A stretch of 55,202 nucleotides of DNA from Sphingomonadales bacterium (lineage in GTDB: Bacteria > Pseudomonadota > Alphaproteobacteria > Sphingomonadales > Sphingomonadaceae): assembly GCA_043760195.1 (NCBI GenBank), contig JAYUPJ010000092.1, positions 1 through 55,202 of the forward strand, in the 5' to 3' direction. A model generated the notes under the pieces. It was not told the DNA's origin, did not search any database, and saw only the letters and a program-made list of their open reading frames with translations. Both the position numbers and the translations under genes were made by a program. Numbering within the stretch: position 1 is the first letter of the stretch; each line of letters begins with the position of its first letter. Positions 9,076 to 18,207 of the stretch are shown here, piece by piece.

Positions 9076-9599
9076 TTTGGTTCACCTTGTAACGACATCA
9101 CCATTGCGTGTTCATCATCGGGTATCAACCCTTCCAGAACCCGCCAGAAACCGGTGACAGACTCCTGACCTGCCGCACCGTATGCCGCCGCCAATTTGGT
9201 GCGTAGCGAATCGAACAGTTGCGCTTCAAATGCCTCACCGCCGGGCGTGAGCCGCAACAGCTTTTGCCTGCGGTCGGCTGTTCCCGGGCGCGTTTCAATA
9301 AGCCCGCGCTGGGAAAGGTCGTTGATGACGCGGCCCAAAGACTGTTTGGTAATCGCCAGAAACTTCAACAATTCGCTGACCGTCAGGTCCGGCCGCCGCG
9401 CGATAAAATAAAGCGCGCGGTGATGCGCCCTGCCCAGTCCCTGTTTGGCCAACCCGTCGTCAATGCTGCGCGTTAACCTGGTGTAGCCGAAATACAGCAA
9501 TTCCATGCCGCGCCGCACTTCGCCTTCGCGCAAAAAAAGCGGAGAGGCCGACGTGATATTGCCCTCACGCGGGGCAGATGAAGAAGATGGGACAGCCAT
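9072..9599 (-). CDS. MarR-family transcriptional regulator (PetP-like)
   Basis: ELLYFGY, GLGRAHHRALYF, ITKQSLGRV, DRRQ motifs; exact start uncertain. Confidence 0.88.
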   Translation of the reverse strand: MAVPSSSSAPREGNITSASPLFLREGEVRRGMELLYFGYTRLTRSIDDGLAKQGLGRAHHRALYFIARRPDLTVSELLKFLAITKQSLGRVINDLSQRGLIETRPGTADRRQKLLRLTPGGEAFEAQLFDSLRTKLAAAYGAAGQESVTGFWRVLEGLIPDDEHAMVMSLQGEPK

Positions 9600-9696
9600 A
9601 TTGACGTATCTTGGCGCACGCCATAGAAGACTTCAAGCATTTCCTTAAACTTTGCATGCCAGAATGGCGTTTATTGTTATACAGCTTGGTGAATTT

Positions 9697-10776
9697 ATGA
9701 CGTTTTCTATCGAAAGAAACCCCCATCCGGTCGATTCCGCAAAGCGCGCCGAACTGTTGTCTGATCCGGGCTTTGGCCGGGTGTTCACCGACCATATGGT
9801 GACGATCAAATACCAAGAGGGCATTGGCTGGCATGATGCCAAAATCTGCGCGCGCGGCCCGATCTTGCTCGATCCCGCCACCGCTGTGCTGCATTATGCC
9901 CAAGAGATTTTTGAAGGGATGAAGGCTTACCGCCTTGCCGATGGCAGCATGGCATTGTTCCGGCCAGATGCGAACGCGGCGCGGTTTAACCGTTCGGCCC
10001 AGCGGCTGGCGATGCCTGAATTACCGGCAGAATTATTTATGGAATCGGTTCGCGGCTTGGTCGACATCGACCGTGACTGGTTTCCCGAAGTTGACGGCGG
10101 GTCGATCTATATTCGGCCATTCATGTTCGCCAGCGAAGTATTTCTGGGCGTAAAACCGTCATCCGAATATCTGTACATGGTGATTGCATCGTCCGCTGGC
10201 GGCTATTTCAAAAGCGGCGCATCGGCGATCAAGATTTGGGTTTCGGAAGAATATACCCGCGCAGCACCGGGCGGAACCGGCGCAGCCAAATGCGGCGGCA
10301 ACTATGCGGCAAGTCTGGTCGCGCAATCGCAGGCGACCGCAAATGGCTGTGATCAGGTGGTTTATCTGGACGCAGCCGAGCGCCGCTGGGTTGAAGAGCT
10401 GGGCGGTATGAACCTGTTCTTTCTGTTCGACGATGGCAGCATGTTAACGCCGCCGACCGACGGAACAATTTTGGAAGGGATCACGCGCGATTCGCTGATA
10501 ACGTTGGCGCGCGATCAAGGCCTGGCTGTTCGCGAAGAGCGATACAGCATCGATCAATGGCGCATTGACGCGGCCTCGGGCAAATTAACCGAAGTGTTCG
10601 CATGCGGCACCGCCGCCGTGGTTACGCCAGTCGGCAGTGTCCATAGCGGCCAAGGTAGCTTTGATATTGGCGCTGGCGGCCCCGGACAAATAACGCAAAA
10701 ACTGCGCAGTCAGCTGGTTGATATTCAACGCGGTATAGCGCCCGATCCCTATGGCTGGGTACAACGGATAGGTTGA
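9697..10776 (+). CDS. ilvE: Branched-chain amino acid aminotransferase
   Basis: LHYAQEIFEGMKAY, AKCGGNY, EELGGMN, ILEGITR, GTAA motifs; start ATG 9697. Confidence 0.95.
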   Translation: MTFSIERNPHPVDSAKRAELLSDPGFGRVFTDHMVTIKYQEGIGWHDAKICARGPILLDPATAVLHYAQEIFEGMKAYRLADGSMALFRPDANAARFNRSAQRLAMPELPAELFMESVRGLVDIDRDWFPEVDGGSIYIRPFMFASEVFLGVKPSSEYLYMVIASSAGGYFKSGASAIKIWVSEEYTRAAPGGTGAAKCGGNYAASLVAQSQATANGCDQVVYLDAAERRWVEELGGMNLFFLFDDGSMLTPPTDGTILEGITRDSLITLARDQGLAVREERYSIDQWRIDAASGKLTEVFACGTAAVVTPVGSVHSGQGSFDIGAGGPGQITQKLRSQLVDIQRGIAPDPYGWVQRIG

Positions 10777-10888
10777 ATAAAAAAAGGTTGGATTCGCGGC
10801 TTTTCGGCGATTGCCTTATCAAATTGACTCGCTATAAGCGCGGCAGCAGGCCGTTTTTCCTGTTAGGCCAAGGATCATTTGATTCTGA

Positions 10889-10963
10889 TGGGGCGTCGCC
10901 AAGCGGTAAGGCACCGGCTTTTGATGCCGGCATTCGCAGGTTCGATCCCTGCCGCCCCAGCCA
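10889..10963 (+). tRNA. tRNA-Gln(TTG)
   Basis: TGGGGCG...CGCCCCA acceptor stem, anticodon arm CCGGC-TTTTGAT-GCCGG, GGTTCGATCC T-loop, encoded CCA. Confidence 0.95.
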
Positions 10964-11128
10964 CCTTCTGATAACACGCAGGCGATAGGCCTGTCGCTAG
11001 GCAGAACAACTTGTAAATGGTTGTAACGCTATTCATTGCTGACTGGTGATCTTGTAAAATTTACCTTATGCTTCGTTTGAAATGAGGGGCTTGTGCTATT
11101 GGGCGCGGCTAAAAGGGAAGCGGAGAAA

Positions 11129-11824
11129 ATGAGAATCGCGGTTGCCGATGATGAATTGGACGTCAGAGATTACGTCAAGAAAATCGTTGAGGAACAGGGC
11201 CATCTTGCCGTAACTTTTTCGGACGGCAATGCGCTATCGCAAGCTTTGGCGCGCGATACCTTTGATCTGGTCATTCTCGATTGGTCGATGCCCGGCAAGG
11301 ATGGACTTGCACTACTCAAGTGGATGGAAAAATCCCTCGACGATCAGCCCCCGGTAATCATGATGACCAACCGCACGGCAAAGGCGGACATTTCCGAAGC
11401 GCTGAACGCCGGTGCATCTGATTACATCACCAAACCCGAAGACCGGACTGTAATCGCGGCACGAATCAATGCGATGCTACGCCGGAACAGCGCCGGATCA
11501 GGCGCATTTGAAACCGAAGCAATCTATGGCGCTTATCATCTGAATCGTATTGACCAAACGGTCACGATCAGGGGCGAAACGATCACAATGACCGCCAAAG
11601 AGTTTGAACTGGCCGATTTGTTTTTCCGCAACAGCGACCGCACCCTTTCGCGCAACTACATTATGGAAACAATCTGGCGGACGACCGCGACGCTGGCGAC
11701 CCGGACTTTGGACATGCATATCTCGCGGGTTCGTTCAAAGCTTGACCTCAAACCCGAAAACGGATTTCGCATTTTTACCGTCTTCGGTTATGGATATCGT
11801 TTAGAGTCATTGAATAAGCCGTGA
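11129..11824 (+). CDS. OmpR/PhoB-family response regulator
   Basis: Receiver (ADDE, LDWSMP, YITKP) plus winged helix (TRTLDMHISRVRSKL, TVFGYGYRL); RBS GGAG before ATG 11129. Confidence 0.93.
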   Translation: MRIAVADDELDVRDYVKKIVEEQGHLAVTFSDGNALSQALARDTFDLVILDWSMPGKDGLALLKWMEKSLDDQPPVIMMTNRTAKADISEALNAGASDYITKPEDRTVIAARINAMLRRNSAGSGAFETEAIYGAYHLNRIDQTVTIRGETITMTAKEFELADLFFRNSDRTLSRNYIMETIWRTTATLATRTLDMHISRVRSKLDLKPENGFRIFTVFGYGYRLESLNKP

Positions 11825-11850
11825 AACCTTGATTTGGGGAGCGTAGCAGG

Positions 11851-13143
11851 ATGCAAAAATTGAAATGGGCCTCGGCGTGCTTATTATCACTGTTGGCATC
11901 AACGCCCGCATACGCGGCAAGTTCAAGTGACGATGACGTCAGCTACATCATCAAACGCGGTGACACGCTGATCGGCGTGGCCGAACGCTATCTGATCGGC
12001 GCAAACAGCTACAAAATCGTACAGCGGAAAAACCGCATCGCCAATGTATATACCCTGCCCGTCGGCAAGGCTATTTTGGTGCCGCGAACTTTGCTGAAAT
12101 TCGTGCCCGCAAAAGCGAAGGTGATTTCTGTGCGCGGCAATGTGCTTGCCGATGACAAACCCGTCGCCGCCGGGCAAGTGTTGGGCGAAGGCACGCGGCT
12201 AACGACGTCGGCCAGTTCATTTGTGACTTTGTCGCTGGGCAATGGATCGCGGGTTTCATTGCCGTCAAACAGCGGCCTGCGTATCCGCATGCTGCGGACG
12301 TATGTGTTGGGCGATAACCTAGACTATGATTTCGATCTGGCGAAGGGCGGCGCGCAATCGACCGTAGTTCCGCTGAAATCTGCGAATGATCGCTATCGTG
12401 TGCGCACTCCCAAGGCTGTTTCTGCCGTAAGAGGAACCGAATTTCAGGCGCGATATGATCCAGACAGCAATGCCGACTTTGCCGAAGTGATCGAAGGCGG
12501 ATTGGCCGTCGGCACCGCAGGTGGCGCGCGATTGCCCTTGCCCGCCGGAAATGGCCTTGCGGTTCCAGCCAGCGGCGTCGCTATCACCGAAACGCTGCTT
12601 GCCGAACCGGCGCTGGTTGACCCCGGATTGTTGCAAGTCAATCCCAGCGTGTTGTTTTCCGCCAATCGCGCGCCAAACGAGCTTGGCTATCGCTTTACTT
12701 TGGCAACCGATGCCGGATTTGTAGAACAAATCGCCGATAAAATTGTGACGGAACCAAAGGCCGATTTTGGTAACATCGCCAATGGCAATTACTTCGTGCG
12801 GGCTCGCGCCATTTCCGCAAACGGCATTCAAGGTATTCCAGCAACTTACACGTTCAAACGGCGGCTAAACGGCATGAGCGCCAGTGCGGGCCAAGGCGGC
12901 GATGGCTATGCCTTTAAGTGGCAAAGCGAGGGTGAAGGTGTGCGCAAGTTCCATTTTCAGCTATTCAAAGACCAACCAAATGGTCTGCCCATAGCCGACG
13001 AACCGGCGATGACTGCCGAACAGATAAGCCTGTCAGACCTGTTGCCCGGCACCTATTTCTGGCGAGTGGGATCGGTGCAATATCTGGACGGCGAAGTGGC
13101 GACCAATTGGACTGGATTTGAAAAATTGAGTGTCACGCCTTAA
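11851..13143 (+). CDS. Secreted LysM + FecR-domain protein with C-terminal beta-sandwich domains
   Basis: Signal peptide ending AYA; LysM (YIIKRGDTL...LPVGKAILVP); FecR core (LGNGSRVSL, VRTPKAVSAVRGTEF); two Ig/Fn3-like units (GNYFVRARAI, GTYFWRVGS). Confidence 0.85.
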   Translation: MQKLKWASACLLSLLASTPAYAASSSDDDVSYIIKRGDTLIGVAERYLIGANSYKIVQRKNRIANVYTLPVGKAILVPRTLLKFVPAKAKVISVRGNVLADDKPVAAGQVLGEGTRLTTSASSFVTLSLGNGSRVSLPSNSGLRIRMLRTYVLGDNLDYDFDLAKGGAQSTVVPLKSANDRYRVRTPKAVSAVRGTEFQARYDPDSNADFAEVIEGGLAVGTAGGARLPLPAGNGLAVPASGVAITETLLAEPALVDPGLLQVNPSVLFSANRAPNELGYRFTLATDAGFVEQIADKIVTEPKADFGNIANGNYFVRARAISANGIQGIPATYTFKRRLNGMSASAGQGGDGYAFKWQSEGEGVRKFHFQLFKDQPNGLPIADEPAMTAEQISLSDLLPGTYFWRVGSVQYLDGEVATNWTGFEKLSVTP

Positions 13144-13275
13144 CGACAATTTGCCGCGTATTTCAATCAGCACCAACGGTGGACGAAAAGGACTTGCGCT
13201 GCTTTGGCATGAACGGCGTTGCACTCTTCCCGCAAACATCCTTGCTTTTTCGACATTTCGCAGAGAGAACGCCGA

Positions 13276-15561
13276 ATGAGTTTGCGGCTACGTCTAACTA
13301 TTGAGTGGATATTGATCGGCATCGCCGGAACCATTCTTGTTGCGTTTGCGTCACGTTCGCAGCTTACCAATGCATTCGACAACCTATTCTACGACAGCCT
13401 TAGTTCAATACATCAACCTGCTGCCGACCCCAAAATTCTGCTGGTTAATATCGACCAGGTTAGCCTTGATGCAATCGGCAAATGGCCGTGGAAACGCGAA
13501 ACCCATGCGCGGTTGTTAGATGCGCTACAAAAAGGTCGTCCGCGCTCAATCACCGTCGACATCTTGCTCTCTGAAAAGGGCGACGCGGCCGATGATGCGG
13601 CGCTGGCACGGGCCATTGCGCGCGGACCCAGCAAGGTCATATTGCCGCTGCACTTCGATACGCCAGGGGATGATGGCTTGGCCTATAATGTGGTTTTGCC
13701 CGTTTCCGATTTCGTGCGGGCGGCAGGCGGAGTTGGTCATGTAAACCTTGTGTTTGACAATGACGGTAAAGTCCGCCGAGCCGCGCTGTGTTTTGATCCG
13801 GAACAAATGGGCCGCAGCTGGGCGCATATCACAGAGCTTGCCTATCGCGGTTCAAAACAGACAGCGTCAAAGGCATATAACAGAGTTGCGTGCGGAAAAT
13901 CGCTTCTCATTCCCTTTGCAAAGCGCGGCACGCACAGTGAAATCAGCTACAATGATGTGTTGATGGGCAATATTCCAAACGGCCTTATCGAGGGCCGCGA
14001 TGTCATAATTGGGGCCAGCGCAGCGGGAATGGGGGATAGCTATCCGGTTCCAGATTCAGATGGATCATTGCTTGCCGGGTCAGAAATTATGGCCAACATG
14101 CTGACCGCCATTCGGCGTGATAACTTTATTCAACCTGTATCTAAACCTTATGTAATCATCCTCTCGCTTTTGCCGATGTGGTTGCTTTTAATCGGTTTTC
14201 TTTGGTGGCTGCCAAGGACGACTTTGATCGCATCATCGGCGCTGTTGATCATCGTTCTTGGCGGCAGCGCAGCGGCACTGACAGCACAAATGTGGTTCCC
14301 GCCCGGCGTTGCTTTGCTGGCGATGTTGCTTATCTATCCGTTGTGGGGATGGCGGCGATTGCAAGCGATGAGCGATTTTATGAGCGGTGAATTGCAACAG
14401 CTGGAAATCGAGGGTGAAATGCTTCCGCTCAAGGTGCCGCAGGCGAAAGCTGGCGACTTTGTTGGCCGGCAAAGTGCCGCATTGGCGAGCGCTATTGACC
14501 ATATGCGCGACCTGCGGCTGTTGTTGACCAACACGCTTTCTGATTTGCCCGACCCGATGGTTGCAACCGACGTGTCCGGCAAAGTAACGCTGACCAGCGA
14601 TCTGGTTGAACAGCGGCTGGGCCTGTCGATAATGGGATTGCCGCTGAAATCAGTTCTAAAATCCATCGTCATCCCAAAAGACCAAGCGGCGATCGACGAA
14701 TATTTGTCGCGCGTTGAGGCAAGTGAAACGCAAATAGTGAAAAACGAAGAGCCGGGCCAAGCTATCTTTGCCAGGTTTCAGACACTGGACGGCAGTACAT
14801 TTGTTATGCGTCAGTCGAAAATTGAAACCGCTGCGGGTGCATTGCAGGGCTATATTTGTTATTTTGCCGACATTTCCGCGCTGGCAAATGCGGAGATTGA
14901 GCGGGAACAGGTTCTGCAATTATTGTCACACGATATGCGCGCGCCGCAATCTGCGATTATCGCATCACTGGACGGCAATATCGATGCGGCAGCGCGGAAA
15001 CGGATTGAAAGCAATGCCAAGCTGACGATGAAACTCGCGCAAAATTTTGTCGATATTGCGCGCATGACGGACAGCAAATTCATTGGCGAAGAACTGTTGC
15101 TCGCCGATTTGATCCGCGATGTGGTCGATAATTTCTGGCCGTTGGCAAGCGAGCGTGAAATTCATATCACAGTTACTGACAATACCGATTGCGGCTTTGT
15201 CGTGGGGGAAGCCGACAGCCTATCACGCGCCTTTGCAAACCTGATCGACAATGCCATCAAATTCAGCCCCGACAACAGCAAAATTGCCATTGATCTGGAC
15301 CGGGAAACGGTCAACGACGAGCCGAGAATTTTCGTTAAATTTGCCGACGAAGGACCCGGCATCGACAGCGATGTATTCGCCAATTTGTTCCAGCGATTTG
15401 CCGCCACCAATAGGCAATCGGGGCGCGTAAAAGGTACCGGGCTTGGCCTCACTTACGTGCAGGCGGCGGTGAAACGGCACAAAGGCAATATAACCGTTAC
15501 CGCCCGCGAACCCACCGGAACCTGTTTCTGCATCGATTTGCCCGAAGCACCCGAGGCATAA
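13276..15561 (+). CDS. CHASE2-domain sensor histidine kinase
   Basis: CHASE2 (LLVNIDQVSL, GKWPWKR), 3 TM helices, PAS-like region, H-box LSHDMRAP, N-box NLIDNAIKFS, DEGPGI, GTGLGL. Confidence 0.92.
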   Translation: MSLRLRLTIEWILIGIAGTILVAFASRSQLTNAFDNLFYDSLSSIHQPAADPKILLVNIDQVSLDAIGKWPWKRETHARLLDALQKGRPRSITVDILLSEKGDAADDAALARAIARGPSKVILPLHFDTPGDDGLAYNVVLPVSDFVRAAGGVGHVNLVFDNDGKVRRAALCFDPEQMGRSWAHITELAYRGSKQTASKAYNRVACGKSLLIPFAKRGTHSEISYNDVLMGNIPNGLIEGRDVIIGASAAGMGDSYPVPDSDGSLLAGSEIMANMLTAIRRDNFIQPVSKPYVIILSLLPMWLLLIGFLWWLPRTTLIASSALLIIVLGGSAAALTAQMWFPPGVALLAMLLIYPLWGWRRLQAMSDFMSGELQQLEIEGEMLPLKVPQAKAGDFVGRQSAALASAIDHMRDLRLLLTNTLSDLPDPMVATDVSGKVTLTSDLVEQRLGLSIMGLPLKSVLKSIVIPKDQAAIDEYLSRVEASETQIVKNEEPGQAIFARFQTLDGSTFVMRQSKIETAAGALQGYICYFADISALANAEIEREQVLQLLSHDMRAPQSAIIASLDGNIDAAARKRIESNAKLTMKLAQNFVDIARMTDSKFIGEELLLADLIRDVVDNFWPLASEREIHITVTDNTDCGFVVGEADSLSRAFANLIDNAIKFSPDNSKIAIDLDRETVNDEPRIFVKFADEGPGIDSDVFANLFQRFAATNRQSGRVKGTGLGLTYVQAAVKRHKGNITVTAREPTGTCFCIDLPEAPEA

Positions 15562-15588
15562 AGCTCTATTTCAAAAGCTCTATTTCAA
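15561..15588. repeat. 14-bp direct tandem duplication spanning a stop codon
   Basis: AAGCTCTATTTCAA x2. Confidence 0.75.
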
Positions 15589-16113
15589 TACCCGGCGCGT
15601 AACATATTCGCCGCGCGGATTGCCCATATCCGCCAATGCCTTTTCGACCAAAATTGGCAGCGATTCTGCCAAAGGCAGCTTACAATGAAACTCCTCAGCC
15701 GAGGCGCGATAAATCTCTACACCATCCGCAATTCGCGTGAGTGCCAGCGACAAGCGATGTTCAAGCTGCGGGCATTTTCGCGGTGGCTTCTTGCCGCTCG
15801 CGTTCGATAAGATCTTTCCCGGTGTCAGCAGCGCAACTGACGCGGGCCGCGCGGAAACGCCAACTTCCAGATAAAGCGGGCCATCTTTGCTTTCCGTCAT
15901 TCCCAATGTCTGCAACTTTGCAACTACCAGACTGCGCGCTTTCAGCAATTCGGCGGACGCCGTTTTTTCCGGCGGAATCAAGACGAAGCCAGCCGTCTCC
16001 AATTTTCCCAGACCGGCATTAAAAACCCGTGTTTCAACTGTCTTTGTGCAGCCAGTTAAGGCCAACATGGTTAAGGCCAACATGGAGACAAGCAATAAAT
16101 GGCTAGGTCGCAT
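15580..16113 (-). CDS. Lipoprotein, DUF4136-like
   Basis: Lipobox LTGC; the signal peptide has an in-frame 15-bp duplication (MLALT x2, 16055-16084); family assignment tentative. Confidence 0.7.
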   Translation of the reverse strand: MRPSHLLLVSMLALTMLALTGCTKTVETRVFNAGLGKLETAGFVLIPPEKTASAELLKARSLVVAKLQTLGMTESKDGPLYLEVGVSARPASVALLTPGKILSNASGKKPPRKCPQLEHRLSLALTRIADGVEIYRASAEEFHCKLPLAESLPILVEKALADMGNPRGEYVTRRVLK

Positions 16114-16360
16114 GACGCCTTATTAGGCAAATTACCCGCCCCGTGCAAGCATTTGGGCTTTTGGTTGGTGACACCGCTCAATTTTGCGTATTTATCAGAG
16201 CGGAGACGATCTGGATTTGCTTCGAAATTCGAAAAATCCCGCAGTTTAGTCCTGTCGTCCTAGGACATACCCCGCCATTGGTGCGAAAGTTACAATGGGA
16301 ACACTTACAAATAGAAGCTGAGCCAATGCCAATCGGCATCACCCGTTCCAAACGCCATCA

Positions 16361-16525
16361 TCAACGGGTCAGCAGAAAATACGCCACATACAACCAGCTA
16401 AACACGCCGTGGATAATCGCCCAGAGCACAGACTTATGCGCGGTGTAGCTGATCACAATCGCCAGCGCGCTGCCAAAGCCAACGCCCGATTTAACCACCT
16501 CGCGTTGAATGACGACGCCCGCCAT
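16361..16525 (-). CDS. 54-aa small membrane protein (not in the ORF track)
   Basis: MAGVVIQREVVKSGVGFGSALAIVISYTAHKSVLWAIIHGVFSWLYVAYFLLTR; ATG 2 nt after the DAHP synthase stop; two hydrophobic segments. Confidence 0.8.
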   Translation of the reverse strand: MAGVVIQREVVKSGVGFGSALAIVISYTAHKSVLWAIIHGVFSWLYVAYFLLTR

Positions 16526-16527
16526 GC

Positions 16528-17901
16528 TTATGCCGCTTGCTTGGCGCGTTCCGCCAATTCCTGATTGAGCATTTCCGCCAGCAAAAACGCCATTTCAAGC
16601 GATTGTGCGGCATTCAGCCTGGGGTCGCAATGCGTATGATAACGGTCAGCGAGCCCCTCGTCAGTGACCGCAACTGCGCCGCCGGTACATTCAGTCACAT
16701 TCTGACCGGTCATCTCGATGTGGATGCCCCCTGCAAATGTTCCTTCGGCCCGGTGCACGGCAAAAAAACCGCGGACTTCGGCAAGTATGCGTTCAAACGG
16801 CCGGGTTTTATAGCCGCTGGCCGACTTGATCACGTTACCGTGCATCGGATCGCAGGACCAGATCACCGGATGGCCGGATGCCTTAACGGCGCGGACCAAA
16901 GGCGGCAAACCTGATTCGACCTTGTCATGCCCAAACCGGGCAATCAACGTGATGCGGCCAGCGATCCGGTCCGGGTTCAATGTGTCCAGCATCCTGATCA
17001 ATGCGTCGGGTTCCAAACTGGGACCGCATTTTATGCCGATAGGATTGCCGATACCGCGCAAGAATTCGACATGGGCCGATCCTTCAAACCGGGTGCGATC
17101 ACCGATCCAAAGCATGTGCGCCGACGTATCATACCATCCGCCGGTCAATGAATCTTGCCGCGTCAATGCTTGCTCATAAGGCAACAACAACGCTTCATGG
17201 CTGGTGTAGAATTTCGTCACTTTTATCTGCGGGACGGTTTCCGGCGTGATCCCGCATGCCGCCATAAAGTCGAGCGCTTCACCAATGCGGTCGGCGGTTT
17301 CCTTGTATTTCTTTGCCCACGGGCTGCGGCCCATATAATCATGGGTCCACGAATGGACTTGCTGCAAATTGGCATAGCCGCCGCTGCTGAATGCGCGCAA
17401 AAGGTTGAGCGTCGATGCCGCCTGGCTGTATGCGCGCACCATCCGCGCCGGGTCAGGCTCACGGGCGTCCGCTTCAAATGCGATGTCATTGATAATGTCG
17501 CCGCGGTAACTCGGCAGCTCGACGCCATCAATTGTCTCCAAATCGGAGGAGCGCGGCTTGGCAAATTGCCCTGCCATCCGGCCAACTTTAACCACCGGAA
17601 CCTTGCCGGCAAAAGTCAGCACAACGGCCATCTGCAGGATGACGCGAAACGTATCGCGGATATTGTTTGGATGGAATTCAGCAAAGCTTTCCGCGCAATC
17701 GCCGCCCTGCAGCAGAAACGCTTTGCCAGCCGCAACCATCGCAAGGTCCGCCGTCAGATCACGTGCCTCGCCTGCAAAAACCAGCGGCGGGTAATTGCGC
17801 AAAGTATGTTCGGTGGCGGCCAAGGCATCTTGGTCCCGGTAGGTTGGCATGTGAATGCCTTTTTGCGCTCTCCAGCTTTCCGGCGTCCATTTAGTCGCCA
17901 T
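16528..17901 (-). CDS. Class II 3-deoxy-7-phosphoheptulonate (DAHP) synthase
   Basis: [43 protein letters not shown] motifs; GGAG RBS 7 nt before ATG 17901. Confidence 0.95.
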   Translation of the reverse strand: MATKWTPESWRAQKGIHMPTYRDQDALAATEHTLRNYPPLVFAGEARDLTADLAMVAAGKAFLLQGGDCAESFAEFHPNNIRDTFRVILQMAVVLTFAGKVPVVKVGRMAGQFAKPRSSDLETIDGVELPSYRGDIINDIAFEADAREPDPARMVRAYSQAASTLNLLRAFSSGGYANLQQVHSWTHDYMGRSPWAKKYKETADRIGEALDFMAACGITPETVPQIKVTKFYTSHEALLLPYEQALTRQDSLTGGWYDTSAHMLWIGDRTRFEGSAHVEFLRGIGNPIGIKCGPSLEPDALIRMLDTLNPDRIAGRITLIARFGHDKVESGLPPLVRAVKASGHPVIWSCDPMHGNVIKSASGYKTRPFERILAEVRGFFAVHRAEGTFAGGIHIEMTGQNVTECTGGAVAVTDEGLADRYHTHCDPRLNAAQSLEMAFLLAEMLNQELAERAKQAA

Positions 17902-18207
17902 AGCCATTCTCCATCTGATTCGGTTGAAGAGGGCTTCTACTGCCAGCAACACAGAACGCGCAAGCAAAAGACCGCCGTTAAAATATTCGGTCGTATGGTT
18001 AATCGAAAATGATAACATAACAGCGGCAAAATTTTAGAATAATGCTGGAAAATCGCGATGTTACCAAAATCGCAGCGCAAAAATGAGGTTTCGGGTTAAC
18101 CATCTTATTTTACACAATTTTTCAATCGCATTAAGGGGCGCGCTGGCTTCCGTCCCAAGCTGGCACACGCCCGAATTCGGCCGCGCAAAACCGAGTTTTT
18201 TGTATAT

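Noticed and set aside
16263-16274. 12-nt match GGACATACCCCG shared with the nested insert at 4089-4100
   Set aside because: A single 12-mer match within 55 kb is compatible with chance, and the flanks and hairpin partner are absent.
16270-16330. c-di-GMP-I riboswitch suggested by the GAAA-tetraloop hairpin
   Set aside because: The GGCAAA and GACGCAAAGC core and the second stem are not present.
17155-18012. Long antisense ORFs (e.g. 1454-2320, 3046-3852, 17155-18012, 22689-23546, 26854-27570)
   Set aside because: These are shadow frames opposite well-supported genes, as expected in GC-rich DNA, and show no recognisable motifs.
18096-18103. CtrA half-site TTAACCAT upstream of the cell-wall hydrolase
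   Set aside because: A single 8-mer without a correctly spaced second half-site; plausible but not supportable.
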